Shown: positions 1-9,882, counted from the stretch's first letter. The stretch is 64,000 nt of DNA from Acetobacter sp. CAG:977 (GCA_000434295.1 HF994935.1:564588-628587); one strand, 5' to 3'. Numbers and translations: made by a program. The notes: generated by a model not told the origin, from the sequence alone.

Positions 1-453
1 CGTGCACAACCGCATTTCGATCCCGACGAACTTTTTAAACTTAATCCCCGCGTTTTGCATGAAATGCCTTTGGATGAAGTGAACAGCCGTTTAAAGGAAA
101 AAGGAAAACCGGAAATTTCACCGGCATTCTGGCATGCCGTGTCTCCGAACGTTACAAAAATAGATGATGTGGCGGATTGGCAGGACATCTGTTCTGCGGG
201 GCATATTTTTGACATACCCGAAGCTGATCGCGAATTTTGCCGTTTTGCCGCGGCGAGATTTCCGGCAGGTTCCGTTAAAGAAGATACATTTTCCGAATGG
301 ACTGCGGCATTGAAAGCCGAAACGGGGCGCAAAGGCAAAGATTTGTTCCATCCGCTTCGTCTGGCATTGACGGGACGCGAACAGGGGCCGGAATTAAAGA
401 CGTTGTTGCCCGTACTGGGGCGCGAAGAAATTTTAAAACGATTGCAGGGATAA
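1..453 (+). CDS. gltX: Glutamyl-tRNA synthetase, C-terminal anticodon-binding portion (5' end lies outside the window)
   Basis: Frame 1 is open from base 1; C-terminal motif resembles GluRS tail (..HPLRLALTGREQGPEL..); immediately upstream of cysS as in many bacteria. Confidence 0.55.
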   Translation, partial: RAQPHFDPDELFKLNPRVLHEMPLDEVNSRLKEKGKPEISPAFWHAVSPNVTKIDDVADWQDICSAGHIFDIPEADREFCRFAAARFPAGSVKEDTFSEWTAALKAETGRKGKDLFHPLRLALTGREQGPELKTLLPVLGREEILKRLQG

Positions 454-457
454 AAAA

Positions 458-1834
458 ATGGCATTGACCGTATTCAATACGCTGTCTCGCAGAAAAGAAG
501 AATTTGTTCCGTTGGACGCCAATCACGTCAGGATGTATGTTTGCGGTCCGACGGTTTATGATCGCGCTCATATCGGCAATGCGCGTCCGATAATTGTTTT
601 CGATACGCTGTACCGCTTGTTGAAGCTGATGTATCCGAAGGTTACATACGTGCGCAACATTACGGATGTGGACGATAAAATCATTAAACGTTCAAAAGAA
701 AGCGGCGAACCGATTTCTTCGGTTACGGAACGGACTTCCCGTCTGTTTCATGAAGACATAGCGGAATTGAATGCATTGCCTCCGGATGTAGAGCCTCGTG
801 CAACGGGACATATTCCGGAAATGATAGATCTGGTTAAACGTTTGGTGGATCGCGGCTATGCGTACGAAGCGCAGGGGCATGTTTTGTTTTCCGTGTCCAA
901 GATGCCGTCTTACGGTCGTTTGTCGGGGCGATCGATGGATGAAATGATCGCCGGAGCCCGTGTTGAGGTTGCTCCGTATAAAAAAGATCCTGCGGATTTC
1001 GTGCTGTGGAAGCCTTCCGTTGACGATCAGCCGGGCTGGGACAGTCCGTGGGGCTTCGGTCGCCCGGGCTGGCATTTGGAATGTTCGGCGATGAGCAGCA
1101 AATATTTGGGGGAAACGTTTGATATTCACGGCGGCGGTCAAGATTTGATTTTTCCGCATCATGAAAACGAAATCGCCCAGTCATGCTGTGCGTTCGGACA
1201 CGATTTTTATGCGAAATACTGGATACATAACGGCCATTTGATGGTTAACGGCGAAAAGATGTCCAAGTCTCTCGGGAACTTTTTTACGATTCGTGAGATT
1301 TTGGATAAAGTCCCCGGCGAAGCGGTACGCCTTTATATGATGTCCACGCATTATCATCAGCCGTTGAACTGGACGGACGAAGGATTGAAGCAGTCGAAGC
1401 AGGCGATGGATCGTATATATACGGCATTGCGCAACACGGCGCCTGCGGATCTTCAGGATGCGGAGCCGGCTTCCGAAGTCGTTTCCGCCTTGCAGGACGA
1501 TTTAAATACGCCGAAAGCCATAGCTTATTTGCATTATCTGGTTTCCGAGATGAACAAAGCTCCGACGGCGAAAGAGGCAGAATCTTATAAACGTCGTCTG
1601 ATTGCTTCGGGGCGTTTGATGGGGCTTTTGTATAAAACGCCCGAGGAATGGTTCAAAGGAAGCTTGTCGGAAGAGGGATTAAGCGAAGAAGCCATTGAAG
1701 CGCTGATTGAAAAGCGTGCCGTTGCGCGCAAGGCGAAAGATTTTGCGACGGCAGACGCGGTTCGCAAAGAATTGTCCGACAACGGCATATTGATAGAAGA
1801 CACGCCGACGGGGACGCAATGGAAGCGCGCCTGA
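458..1834 (+). CDS. cysS: Cysteinyl-tRNA synthetase
   Basis: CGPTVYD..HIGNARP (HIGH-like), KMSKSLGN (KMSKS), zinc-binding C..HHENE region; 458 aa. Confidence 0.93.
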   Translation: MALTVFNTLSRRKEEFVPLDANHVRMYVCGPTVYDRAHIGNARPIIVFDTLYRLLKLMYPKVTYVRNITDVDDKIIKRSKESGEPISSVTERTSRLFHEDIAELNALPPDVEPRATGHIPEMIDLVKRLVDRGYAYEAQGHVLFSVSKMPSYGRLSGRSMDEMIAGARVEVAPYKKDPADFVLWKPSVDDQPGWDSPWGFGRPGWHLECSAMSSKYLGETFDIHGGGQDLIFPHHENEIAQSCCAFGHDFYAKYWIHNGHLMVNGEKMSKSLGNFFTIREILDKVPGEAVRLYMMSTHYHQPLNWTDEGLKQSKQAMDRIYTALRNTAPADLQDAEPASEVVSALQDDLNTPKAIAYLHYLVSEMNKAPTAKEAESYKRRLIASGRLMGLLYKTPEEWFKGSLSEEGLSEEAIEALIEKRAVARKAKDFATADAVRKELSDNGILIEDTPTGTQWKRA

Positions 1835-1954
1835 TCCAATAAGCAATGTGATACAAAGCGTGTTATAAAAACGACACATATTTGTAACTATCGCTTTTGG
1901 GATAAAACGTGTATTCTATAATAAGCAGGGTGGATTTTATCCGGTGAGGCAAAA

Positions 1955-2590
1955 ATGAATACCGAATATAAGAAGATTTTGCGTTGTTTGGCTTTTGGCG
2001 CGTTGGCAGTGGCGACGGGCAGTTTTGAAGCTCGGTCTCAGTCGTTGCCGTCCAACCCGTGGGCGGCTCAACAGCAGCCCGTTCAACAGCAACAGTATCC
2101 GCAACAATATCAACAGCCTGTTTATCAGCAACAACAGCCGACGGTGGTTTATCAGCAGGTCGTTATGCCGGGTCAGGGGACGCCGGTTTATTACGGCTCT
2201 CAGCCCTATCAGCCGACGTATGAAGGCGGGGCAAATAATGTTTGGAACACAAAAATGCCTGAATTTACGGGCGAATTAACTACTTGGGGCAAAGATTACG
2301 GACAGCGTGCGACGGCGCCGGAAGTCAATATGCATAATATTTTGTCGATTACACGTCATCTGCGCGCGATGGGATATGACATTCCGTCTGGATTTGAGGA
2401 AAAATTCAAAAAGGCTCCCAAAGCCGTTAAAAAGCGGATTATGGCTTCTTTGGCGACGATCGAGCGCGGCAGTCGCAAAAATCCCGTCTACAAAGGCGCA
2501 AATTTCCTGATGGATCAGTTTGAAAAGGAAACCGGATTGTCCTTTGATAACCTTTTGGGCAATTCTTTGGATCTTCTTTCGGCGAAGTAA
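1955..2590 (+). CDS. Secreted hypothetical protein with Gln/Pro-rich low-complexity segment; C-terminal domain paralogous to next gene
   Basis: N-terminal signal peptide (LAFGALAVATGSFEA), QQQP/YQQ repeats, C-terminal ~110 aa alignable by eye to C-terminus of 2698..3276 product. Confidence 0.55.
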   Translation: MNTEYKKILRCLAFGALAVATGSFEARSQSLPSNPWAAQQQPVQQQQYPQQYQQPVYQQQQPTVVYQQVVMPGQGTPVYYGSQPYQPTYEGGANNVWNTKMPEFTGELTTWGKDYGQRATAPEVNMHNILSITRHLRAMGYDIPSGFEEKFKKAPKAVKKRIMASLATIERGSRKNPVYKGANFLMDQFEKETGLSFDNLLGNSLDLLSAK

Positions 2591-2606
2591 TTTTTTTAAT
2601 TTCAAG

Positions 2607-2643
2607 CGCCGCTTGCAAAATGCAGGCGGCGTTTTCTTTTTTT
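2607..2643 (+). terminator. Rho-independent terminator (GC hairpin cgccgc/gcggcg + T-run)
   Basis: Perfect 6-bp GC stem with 13-nt loop followed by ttttcttttttt; lies downstream of 1955..2590 and inside the longest ORF 2620..3276, arguing for the later start at 2698. Confidence 0.6.
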
Positions 2644-2697
2644 GTCGCCAACGCCGTAAAGTTGGGCTATTGTGAAATAAGTAAAAAATTTCAGAGG

Positions 2698-3276
2698 ATG
2701 CCGAAAATGATAAAATTAAAAACAACAGTGTGCCTCGTTTTAGCGTTAATCTTTTTTGTTACGGAAGCACAATCGGCGCCTCAGCTTTCAATATCAGATC
2801 GGGCGGCGTATCTGGTTAAGAAGAATAAGAAAAAACAAGAACTTGAAAAAAATGCTCTCAAGACGGGGCAAAAGGTTGATCAGCTGGGCAATTTATCAAT
2901 AGAAGACTTTTTGATGCTGAAGCCTGTTCCCGAAGGTTTGGACGTTTCTGCATCGGCGAATATGGCAAACGAAAGCAATGTTTATCAATCGATGTCAACG
3001 GATGAGGCTGTTGCCGCAGTTCACATGATGCGTACGCAAGGTATTGAAATGCCGAAGGATCTGGAAAAGAAAATGAAAAAAGATCCTAAAAATGCATCGA
3101 AATTGATGCAGGATGCGCTGAAAAACATTAAACCGCTGGATATCAAAACGACACAAGATGTTGCGAAATACCGCCGAGACGCCATCCGTAAGGCTGAAGA
3201 TGCGACGGGCATAGATTTTCGCCTTTTGCTTGAAAAACAAGCAAAGCAGATGTATAACGAAGACTTTCAACAATAA
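2698..3276 (+). CDS. Secreted hypothetical protein (paralog of upstream gene)
   Basis: Start moved to MPKMIKLK.. (signal peptide VCLVLALIFFVTEAQSA); shared C-terminal motifs (..IEMPKDLEKKMKKDPK.. vs ..YDIPSGFEEKFKKAPK..). Confidence 0.5.
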   Translation: MPKMIKLKTTVCLVLALIFFVTEAQSAPQLSISDRAAYLVKKNKKKQELEKNALKTGQKVDQLGNLSIEDFLMLKPVPEGLDVSASANMANESNVYQSMSTDEAVAAVHMMRTQGIEMPKDLEKKMKKDPKNASKLMQDALKNIKPLDIKTTQDVAKYRRDAIRKAEDATGIDFRLLLEKQAKQMYNEDFQQ

Positions 3277-3291
3277 GAACGGATATAAAAC

Positions 3292-4026
3292 GTGACAACC
3301 GATCTGCAAGAAGAGGATTTTTCCCCTGCTTTTATCCTTGTCCGCCCTCAGCTGGCGGAAAATATAGGTTCAGCCGCCCGCGCCATGATGAATTGTGCTT
3401 TGACGGATATGCGTTTGGTGGATCCCGATGACGATCATTTATGTTCCAGAGCATTGGCGACGGCTTCGGGCGCCGATGAAATTTTGCATAATGCCAAAGT
3501 GTTCAAGACAGTCCCGGAGGCAATCAAAGATTTGCATAAAGTTTATGCGACGACGGGACGTTCTCGCGATATGATCAAACCTGTCTTTACGGCAGAGGGG
3601 ATGGCAAAAGATATCCGTTCGGTGAACGCAAAATGCGGTATTTTATTCGGTCCCGAACGGACGGGACTTGAAAACGACGATGTGGCTTTGGCCGATGCCA
3701 TCGTGAATATTCCGCTAAATCCGAAACATTGTTCTTTGAACTTGGCTCAGGCGGTTTTGCTGGCAGGATATGAGCTGTTTAAAACAAACGATACAACGGA
3801 AAGCGAACGTTTGGTCATGCCGAATACCGAACCTGCAAACAAAGACGAAATCGAACATTTTATGGAACATTTAGAAACGGAGTTGGAATATGCGGGGTAC
3901 TTCAGAATCCCTGAAAAAAAACCGCGAATGATGCGGAATCTGAGAAATATTTTTGCCCGTACTTTGTTGACGTCGCAGGAAATTCGGACTTTGCACGGCG
4001 TGTTGGCAGATTTGACGCGGAAATAG
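3292..4026 (+). CDS. trmJ: SpoU/TrmH-class RNA 2'-O-methyltransferase, TrmJ/LasT-like
   Basis: 244 aa; SPOUT motifs (ILFGPERTGL, NIPLNP..SLNLAQAV). Confidence 0.65.
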   Translation: MTTDLQEEDFSPAFILVRPQLAENIGSAARAMMNCALTDMRLVDPDDDHLCSRALATASGADEILHNAKVFKTVPEAIKDLHKVYATTGRSRDMIKPVFTAEGMAKDIRSVNAKCGILFGPERTGLENDDVALADAIVNIPLNPKHCSLNLAQAVLLAGYELFKTNDTTESERLVMPNTEPANKDEIEHFMEHLETELEYAGYFRIPEKKPRMMRNLRNIFARTLLTSQEIRTLHGVLADLTRK

Positions 4027-4029
4027 CGG

Positions 4030-5760
4030 ATGACGGTTAAACGTTTTTTTCTTCTTTGCCTGTTGGCTTTGTTCGGCGTTTGGATATGCCGCCCCTTTTG
4101 CGTGAACGAAGAAATTTTGTTTTCTTTTGACGCAAAGGTTTCGGCTAAAACGAAATTTGATGTTTTGGCTTTCGGAAAAAACGTCAGAGAGTTTGAAGCA
4201 AGCCGCAGCCTTGATCCCGATACGGCGTTTCGGACGATTTCTTATGTCGTGCCCGTACGCAAACTGACGGGAATTAATCTTTCAATAACGGGCAATGATA
4301 CTGATTTTGAAATAAAAAATGTGGTTTTGGACGGAAAAAACAAGCTGATTTTCCCGTCAAAAGATATCCGTGTTTTTTTTGAAAATATCGCCTCATATTC
4401 CGAGAACGGCGCGACGATATCAGGTCAAGCGAACAAAAATGCCGTCTTGCTGTTTTTCTTGAATAAAACGCAAAAAGGCAAAATTCATTTTGTTTTTCCT
4501 GCTTTTTTCACGTTGTCCGTTCTGTGGTTTCTGTTTTTTGACAGACTGCTTTCTTTTCTTTTAAGAAAGTTTCCGAAAATCAGTGAAACGCTTAAAAGCC
4601 ATCCGTATAAATCAGACTACGTGTTTTTGGCGATATTTTTTGCTTTTTTGATTTATCCTGTTTCGGATATAGATTTTTCATCGTCGGTCAGCCGTGAAAA
4701 CCGACGGCTGGCTCCTGCGGCGAAAATATTTTTAAACGGGCGGATAAACGTTTCTTTCGGTCGTCAGTTTGACGAATGGTTTAAAGACAGATTCGCCGGA
4801 AGAAATAAAATCATTGACCTGTATAATTCGTTTCAAAATACGTTCAATAAGCATTTTGAACGCCACGGCGTAATTATCGGCAAAAACGGTTGGATGTTTC
4901 ACGGGCGGCTTTCTAATTTCAAAGGGACGGATGCCTTTTCCGAAGCGGAATTACAAAAGATAAAAGATAATTTGATTCGCTTGCAGAATTTTTGCGACAA
5001 ACACGGAATAAAACTTTATATAGCCGTTTCTCCCTATAAACATCACATCTATCCAGAGTTCTATCCCGAAGAGGTTAAACGTCCAAACGATGTTGACCGA
5101 GAAGACAGATTGGAACAATTTTTGATTCGCGAGCTTCCCGATACGAAATTTGTTTATTTCAAGAAAGCTTTGTTGGACGAAAAAGAAAAAAGCAAAGACT
5201 GGCTTTATTTTAAGACGGATCATCATTGGACGGACAAAGGCGCATATACGGGGTATCGCGCTTTGATGGAGCTGATTGAAAAAGATTTTCCGTCCGTTAA
5301 GCCCGTGTCTCTTTCTGAATATGTGCGTACTACGGGGCGCAAAGTTCGCGCCGAATGCGACAGAAACTTTAATGAAGGGACGCAATATTTGTCATTGGCG
5401 TATCATGACGAAAGTCTTTTTGATTTGGATTATGTTTTTTATGACCATAAGCATTTGTCCGATTTGAAGATTGACGATCAGTGTAAAGCGCAAAGTTTTG
5501 CCCGTAATGACAAGGCGGCACCGTATAAAGTATTTTATATTACAGATTCTCAAGGCGAGAATTTTATGGAATTTTTGGGGCACACATTTAGAGACATTCA
5601 AAAACGGCGCTATAATGCAGAAATCAAAGAACGTCGGAAAAATGAAAATATTTATATGCCGTTTTATGAAAACGACATTCTGAAATACCGTCCCGATATT
5701 TTGATTTTGCAAGTTTACGACGCGTATGTACCGTCTTTGAAATCTTTGTACGAGGATTGA
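4030..5760 (+). CDS. AlgJ/AlgX-like SGNH-fold 'DHHW' protein with N-terminal membrane anchor (polysaccharide O-acyltransferase partner)
   Basis: Signature KTDHHWT motif, N-terminal TM helix, 576 aa; adjacent MBOAT gene. Confidence 0.6.
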   Translation: MTVKRFFLLCLLALFGVWICRPFCVNEEILFSFDAKVSAKTKFDVLAFGKNVREFEASRSLDPDTAFRTISYVVPVRKLTGINLSITGNDTDFEIKNVVLDGKNKLIFPSKDIRVFFENIASYSENGATISGQANKNAVLLFFLNKTQKGKIHFVFPAFFTLSVLWFLFFDRLLSFLLRKFPKISETLKSHPYKSDYVFLAIFFAFLIYPVSDIDFSSSVSRENRRLAPAAKIFLNGRINVSFGRQFDEWFKDRFAGRNKIIDLYNSFQNTFNKHFERHGVIIGKNGWMFHGRLSNFKGTDAFSEAELQKIKDNLIRLQNFCDKHGIKLYIAVSPYKHHIYPEFYPEEVKRPNDVDREDRLEQFLIRELPDTKFVYFKKALLDEKEKSKDWLYFKTDHHWTDKGAYTGYRALMELIEKDFPSVKPVSLSEYVRTTGRKVRAECDRNFNEGTQYLSLAYHDESLFDLDYVFYDHKHLSDLKIDDQCKAQSFARNDKAAPYKVFYITDSQGENFMEFLGHTFRDIQKRRYNAEIKERRKNENIYMPFYENDILKYRPDILILQVYDAYVPSLKSLYED

Positions 5761-5762
5761 TA

Positions 5763-7169
5763 ATGTTATTCAGTTCGCTGACGTTTTTGCATGTTTTTCT
5801 GCCGTCTGTTCTGGCGTTGTACTTTTTATCGCCGGTTCGGATGCGCAATTATGTTTTGCTGGTTGCCAGCATTATATTTTATGCTTGGGGCGAACCTCTT
5901 TATCTGGCAATGATGTTGTTCACCGTTATTGTCAATTATGTCGGTGCGTTGCTGATTGAAAAATCTCAGACTTCCGTTTTAAAGAAAACAGCTCTGTTCG
6001 GCACGATTTCGGTCGATTTGGGATTTTTGTTTTATTTTAAATATTTTAATTTCTTTCTTGAAAATCTGAACAAAATTGACTTTTTTGATTTTCCGTTCAT
6101 TGAAGTCATTATGCCGATAGGCATTTCATTTTATACGTTTCAGGCGCTTTCCTATCTGATTGACGTTTATCGGGGCGAAGTTGCAGCCCAGCATAATTTT
6201 TATAAGCTGGCTCTTTATATTTCATTGTTCCCTCAGCTGGTTGCGGGACCGATCGTTAAATATTATGACGTGTACGAAGAAATCAATTCCCGTAAGGAAA
6301 CTTTTGAACGTTTTATGTACGGCATTCGTCGCTTTGTGATGGGGTTGGCAAAAAAAGTACTGTTAGCCGATACGTTGGGTGCCGCCGTCGATACCATATA
6401 TGCTTTGCCTGTTTCTGAAATTTCGGTTTCTGCCGCATGGTTGGGCGCGATTGCGTATGCTCTTCAGCTTTACTTTGATTTTTCGGGATATTCCGATATG
6501 GCTATCGGATTGGGGCATATGTTCGGATTTAAGTTTTTGGAAAACTTTAATTATCCTTATTTGTCCAGATCTGTTTCCGAATTTTGGCGCCGATGGCATA
6601 TTTCGTTATCAACATGGTTCAAACAATATCTTTATATTCCTTTGGGGGGCAACCGCATATCCAAAGGGCGGACGTATATTAACCTGTTTATTGTTTTCCT
6701 GGTAACGGGATTTTGGCACGGGGCAAGCTGGTCTTTCATTATATGGGGGATGTGGAACGGCGTTTTGGTTTGTGCCGAACGTTTTTTCGGATTAAATAAA
6801 GATCCGTGCGGCAAATTAAGCTCTTTTTTAAGGCTGTGTTATGCCAATTTTGTGTTTTTGGCGGGTTGGGTTCTCTTTCGTTCGGATACCCTTACATACG
6901 CGTTTGATTATTTAAAGGTTATGTTCGGCATAATGCAAACAAGTCCTGATAATAACGGTGCTTTGTTCTATGCGGATAATTTGTTTACAGCGGCATTTGT
7001 CGTGGGAATACCGACGGCAATGGGCGCATTTGCAAAGATATGGGATTGGGCGTTAAAAACAAAGTTCAGAAATATGCTGTTTAACGTATGGTTGTTATTC
7101 CTGTACGGATTGACGTTTTTGTCTTTGGCAGGCTCAACATACAATCCGTTTATTTATTTCCGTTTTTAA
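5763..7169 (+). CDS. Membrane-bound O-acyltransferase (MBOAT; AlgI/DltB/PatA-like)
   Basis: Multi-pass hydrophobic protein with conserved MBOAT His region (..WRRWHISLS.., ..FWHGASW..); start taken at ATG 5763 just after upstream stop. Confidence 0.75.
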   Translation: MLFSSLTFLHVFLPSVLALYFLSPVRMRNYVLLVASIIFYAWGEPLYLAMMLFTVIVNYVGALLIEKSQTSVLKKTALFGTISVDLGFLFYFKYFNFFLENLNKIDFFDFPFIEVIMPIGISFYTFQALSYLIDVYRGEVAAQHNFYKLALYISLFPQLVAGPIVKYYDVYEEINSRKETFERFMYGIRRFVMGLAKKVLLADTLGAAVDTIYALPVSEISVSAAWLGAIAYALQLYFDFSGYSDMAIGLGHMFGFKFLENFNYPYLSRSVSEFWRRWHISLSTWFKQYLYIPLGGNRISKGRTYINLFIVFLVTGFWHGASWSFIIWGMWNGVLVCAERFFGLNKDPCGKLSSFLRLCYANFVFLAGWVLFRSDTLTYAFDYLKVMFGIMQTSPDNNGALFYADNLFTAAFVVGIPTAMGAFAKIWDWALKTKFRNMLFNVWLLFLYGLTFLSLAGSTYNPFIYFRF

Positions 7170-7969
7170 CGGCGTTTTTTAGTTTTTTTCCTTTTTGTTT
7201 TTGAGGCGGCTTTTTTCTTGGGTGTTGCCAGATAGCTTGTTTTTTTCTTTTTCGGAGCTTTGGACGCGCAAACGGTTTCTCCGTTTTCCAAAGACACCAT
7301 TTCTTCTCCGTACGGGCAGGTAAAGCAACCGCCGTCGGCTTTTCTGTACGGAGCGTTTTTGGGGCACGCCCGGCAAGCCCATTTCCCCGAAGCGTCTTTT
7401 TCAACATAAGGGCATAAAAAGTCGTTTGTCGCGGCTAATTTTTTGCAGGTTGCGATCTGTCTGGCGGCACTGTCGTCGTTCGGATAAGAAGTCTCACAAA
7501 CGTTTTTCAGCTTTACTTTGTTTTGAAAGGTTTCTTCTTTCGGGGGCGGAGGCAGTAAAGTCTTGTAATTTGCGCTGAGGCGTTTTGCGATAAGGGCGGC
7601 TTGTTCGTCGGAAACTTTTTCGCCGTCCGGTTTTCGTGCACTACCGTCGGTTACGGGATAATTGCTCAGGCACATGGGATAGCCGTCTTTTTTGACGATC
7701 AGCGTGCCTTCCGGACACAGGAAACAGCCTGCTTTGTCTTTGATGTCGTCAATCATATAGACGGATTTTCCGCGGCAAGACAGGCAAGCGCCGTATTTTT
7801 TTCCGGGATATTCGTGTTTTTTTCCCGTTTCGCACTTTTCCCTGCGCCGGTACAGAAAATTATAAATGACGGGTGCCGATACTTTCGGTACATACGAATA
7901 AGAATAAGCAGAAGCCTGATTTTCAATCAGAGCGGAAAAGCAAAAAACGGCAAGAATCAGCAACTTCAT
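7166..7969 (-). CDS. Cys-rich secreted protein with polybasic C-terminal tail
   Basis: Signal peptide, ~20 Cys in CxxC/CP pairs, C-terminus KKKKTSYLATPKKKAASKTKRKKTKKRR; start overlaps stop of upstream Sel1 gene (ATGA). Confidence 0.5.
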   Translation of the reverse strand: MKLLILAVFCFSALIENQASAYSYSYVPKVSAPVIYNFLYRRREKCETGKKHEYPGKKYGACLSCRGKSVYMIDDIKDKAGCFLCPEGTLIVKKDGYPMCLSNYPVTDGSARKPDGEKVSDEQAALIAKRLSANYKTLLPPPPKEETFQNKVKLKNVCETSYPNDDSAARQIATCKKLAATNDFLCPYVEKDASGKWACRACPKNAPYRKADGGCFTCPYGEEMVSLENGETVCASKAPKKKKTSYLATPKKKAASKTKRKKTKKRR

Positions 7970-9171
7970 TCTTTATCCTCCCGTTTTTCCTGCCACGGAA
8001 GATTCAAATCGCAAACGCCGGTCATTTCCGCGCCCAGACAAGCATTTTTATAGACGCTGATTTTAATAACGGCTTTTTGATGTAAGGCTCTGTTCAACAG
8101 GCGTTTGTTTTCTGGTGTTGTATAAAGAGTGATGCCGCAAGCCTCAAAAACCTGATCTCTTCCGTCCGTTCCTTGAGAAGAAACGCCGTCTCTGACATCA
8201 AAGGAACGGTAATAGTCGGGATGGAAAATTTTAACGGCATAAGTTTGAATTTTAGGATTTTTTCTTCCCGTGCCGAATAACAGTTCTTTGGGAGAGCAGT
8301 CTTCGGGTATGGCGATATCGCGAACCGATGTTTTTCCGACGGAAGGTTTTGAATTGCCGATAAAATCGTTCCAATCGTTCAAAGCTTCGTTTAATTGAGC
8401 TTGTTCCAAGATTTCTTTAGCGGCGGTTCTGTTTTTTTTGACGCCGTGTCCGTAAAACAGGCGCAAGGCTTTGATGAATTTATTGTCGCACTTTTTAAGC
8501 CAGTAAGAAGTATCTTTTGCGCTCGGTCGCATACCGATGCCGTAATAAGACATTTCGACCAAAGCGCATTGAGCGTCTTTGCTGGGTTTTTTAACGTCAT
8601 GAGCGGCGCGGCGCAACCATCTTAAAGCGCGTTCGGCGTTTGCGGGAACGCCTTTCCCTTCCAGATAGAGCCGTCCCAGTCTGTATTCCGCGACGGAATT
8701 TCCGGCTTTTGCGCCTTTTTGGTAAAAATCGAAAGCTTTGTCAAATTCGTTGCGCCTGTAATACAAACGTCCCAGTTCGTTGTGGCAAAAGAAGTTGTTT
8801 TCTTTGTCGGCACATTTTTGATACCACTTGACGCCTTCGTCAAAGTCTTCCTTGACGCCGTATCGTCCCGAAACGTAAGCAAATCCCAGCATGGAACAGG
8901 CACGCAAATATTCTGCGTTGCACAGCCTGACCAATTCGGGCAAAGCGGCATCCGTTTTTTTGGCGTAAAGGTCGGCTTCGGCTTTTCTGAAATCTTTTTT
9001 TTGTTGTTCTTCCGCTTTGATTTGTTCGGGAGTTTTTTTCTTAACTTTTTTTACCGGCTTTTTTTTTGCTTTTTTATACCTTCGCGTTGCGGCATAGGAC
9101 GGCTGAAAATTGCTGATGACGGCGCTGTCAAACAAGAATAATCCCAGAAAAACGCAAAGCCATAATCGCAT
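7966..9171 (-). CDS. Sel1/TPR-like repeat protein, secreted, with Lys-rich N-terminal segment
   Basis: Signal peptide; repeated ..G.GV..D...A..W..KAA..G. Sel1-like units (LGRLYLEGKGVPANAERALRWLRRAA etc.). Confidence 0.65.
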   Translation of the reverse strand: MRLWLCVFLGLFLFDSAVISNFQPSYAATRRYKKAKKKPVKKVKKKTPEQIKAEEQQKKDFRKAEADLYAKKTDAALPELVRLCNAEYLRACSMLGFAYVSGRYGVKEDFDEGVKWYQKCADKENNFFCHNELGRLYYRRNEFDKAFDFYQKGAKAGNSVAEYRLGRLYLEGKGVPANAERALRWLRRAAHDVKKPSKDAQCALVEMSYYGIGMRPSAKDTSYWLKKCDNKFIKALRLFYGHGVKKNRTAAKEILEQAQLNEALNDWNDFIGNSKPSVGKTSVRDIAIPEDCSPKELLFGTGRKNPKIQTYAVKIFHPDYYRSFDVRDGVSSQGTDGRDQVFEACGITLYTTPENKRLLNRALHQKAVIKISVYKNACLGAEMTGVCDLNLPWQEKREDKE

Positions 9172-9306
9172 CGTCCGACCTCTTTTTTTAATTTTATCAG
9201 ATTATACAAAATACTCGGAGACGCCTACAGTTTTTTTCAATCGGTTGACAGGAAAATCCAAAAGCTTTCTAATTATATAAAAGGTTGAACAAAGAAAGGG
9301 ACAAAG

Positions 9307-9831
9307 ATGAAAAAATATATAGCTCTGTTAGCCGGTATTTGCGTTCTTTCATCCTGCGCTTCGGCGCCGAAACCCGAACCTGCTTCTGCAAAATGCCCCC
9401 CTCCCGTCAAAAGGGAAGCAAAGTTCATTCCCGAACAATATGCTCCGTATGCGGGGCAGGGGACGGCAAAAATCAACGGACGCCTGTGCGTTAAAGATAC
9501 GGCGGGCAAAAAGAAATGTTTGGCAAATCAGCTGATCGTTGCGAACCCCGTTACGGATTATTCCACGGAATGGTTTGAACGCCATTGGTCAAAGGGCGTT
9601 TTTTTGGAACCGCCTCTGCCCGAAGCGCGCAAACACACCCGCACGGTCAAGACGGATGCTCAGGGGTATTTCAGTTTTACGGACTTAAAGCCCGGTTCTT
9701 ATTATGTCGGCGCGGTTGTCTGCCCGCCGTGCATCAAAGGCAAACAACCTTATAAGTACCAGCGTCTGGGTGCCAAAGTAACCATGAAAAAGTCGGTTAA
9801 AGCAGATTTAAAGCCGCTTTATACGCCTTAA
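9307..9831 (+). CDS. Lipoprotein, carboxypeptidase-regulatory-like beta-sandwich domain
   Basis: Lipobox LSSCAS; GYFSFTDLKPGSYYVGAVV motif; RBS AAGGGAC upstream. Confidence 0.5.
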   Translation: MKKYIALLAGICVLSSCASAPKPEPASAKCPPPVKREAKFIPEQYAPYAGQGTAKINGRLCVKDTAGKKKCLANQLIVANPVTDYSTEWFERHWSKGVFLEPPLPEARKHTRTVKTDAQGYFSFTDLKPGSYYVGAVVCPPCIKGKQPYKYQRLGAKVTMKKSVKADLKPLYTP

Positions 9832-9851
9832 AATACAGTATAAACAAACAA

Positions 9852-9882
9852 GGCGCCGTTTTTAAAAGACGGCGCTTTTTTT
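9852..9882 (+). terminator. Rho-independent terminator
   Basis: ggcgccgt..acggcgc hairpin + 7 T. Confidence 0.6.

Noticed and set aside
2620-2697. Longer N-terminal extension of the 2620..3276 ORF
   Set aside because: The extension contains the rho-independent terminator hairpin of the upstream gene. A signal peptide begins right after the internal Met at 2698.
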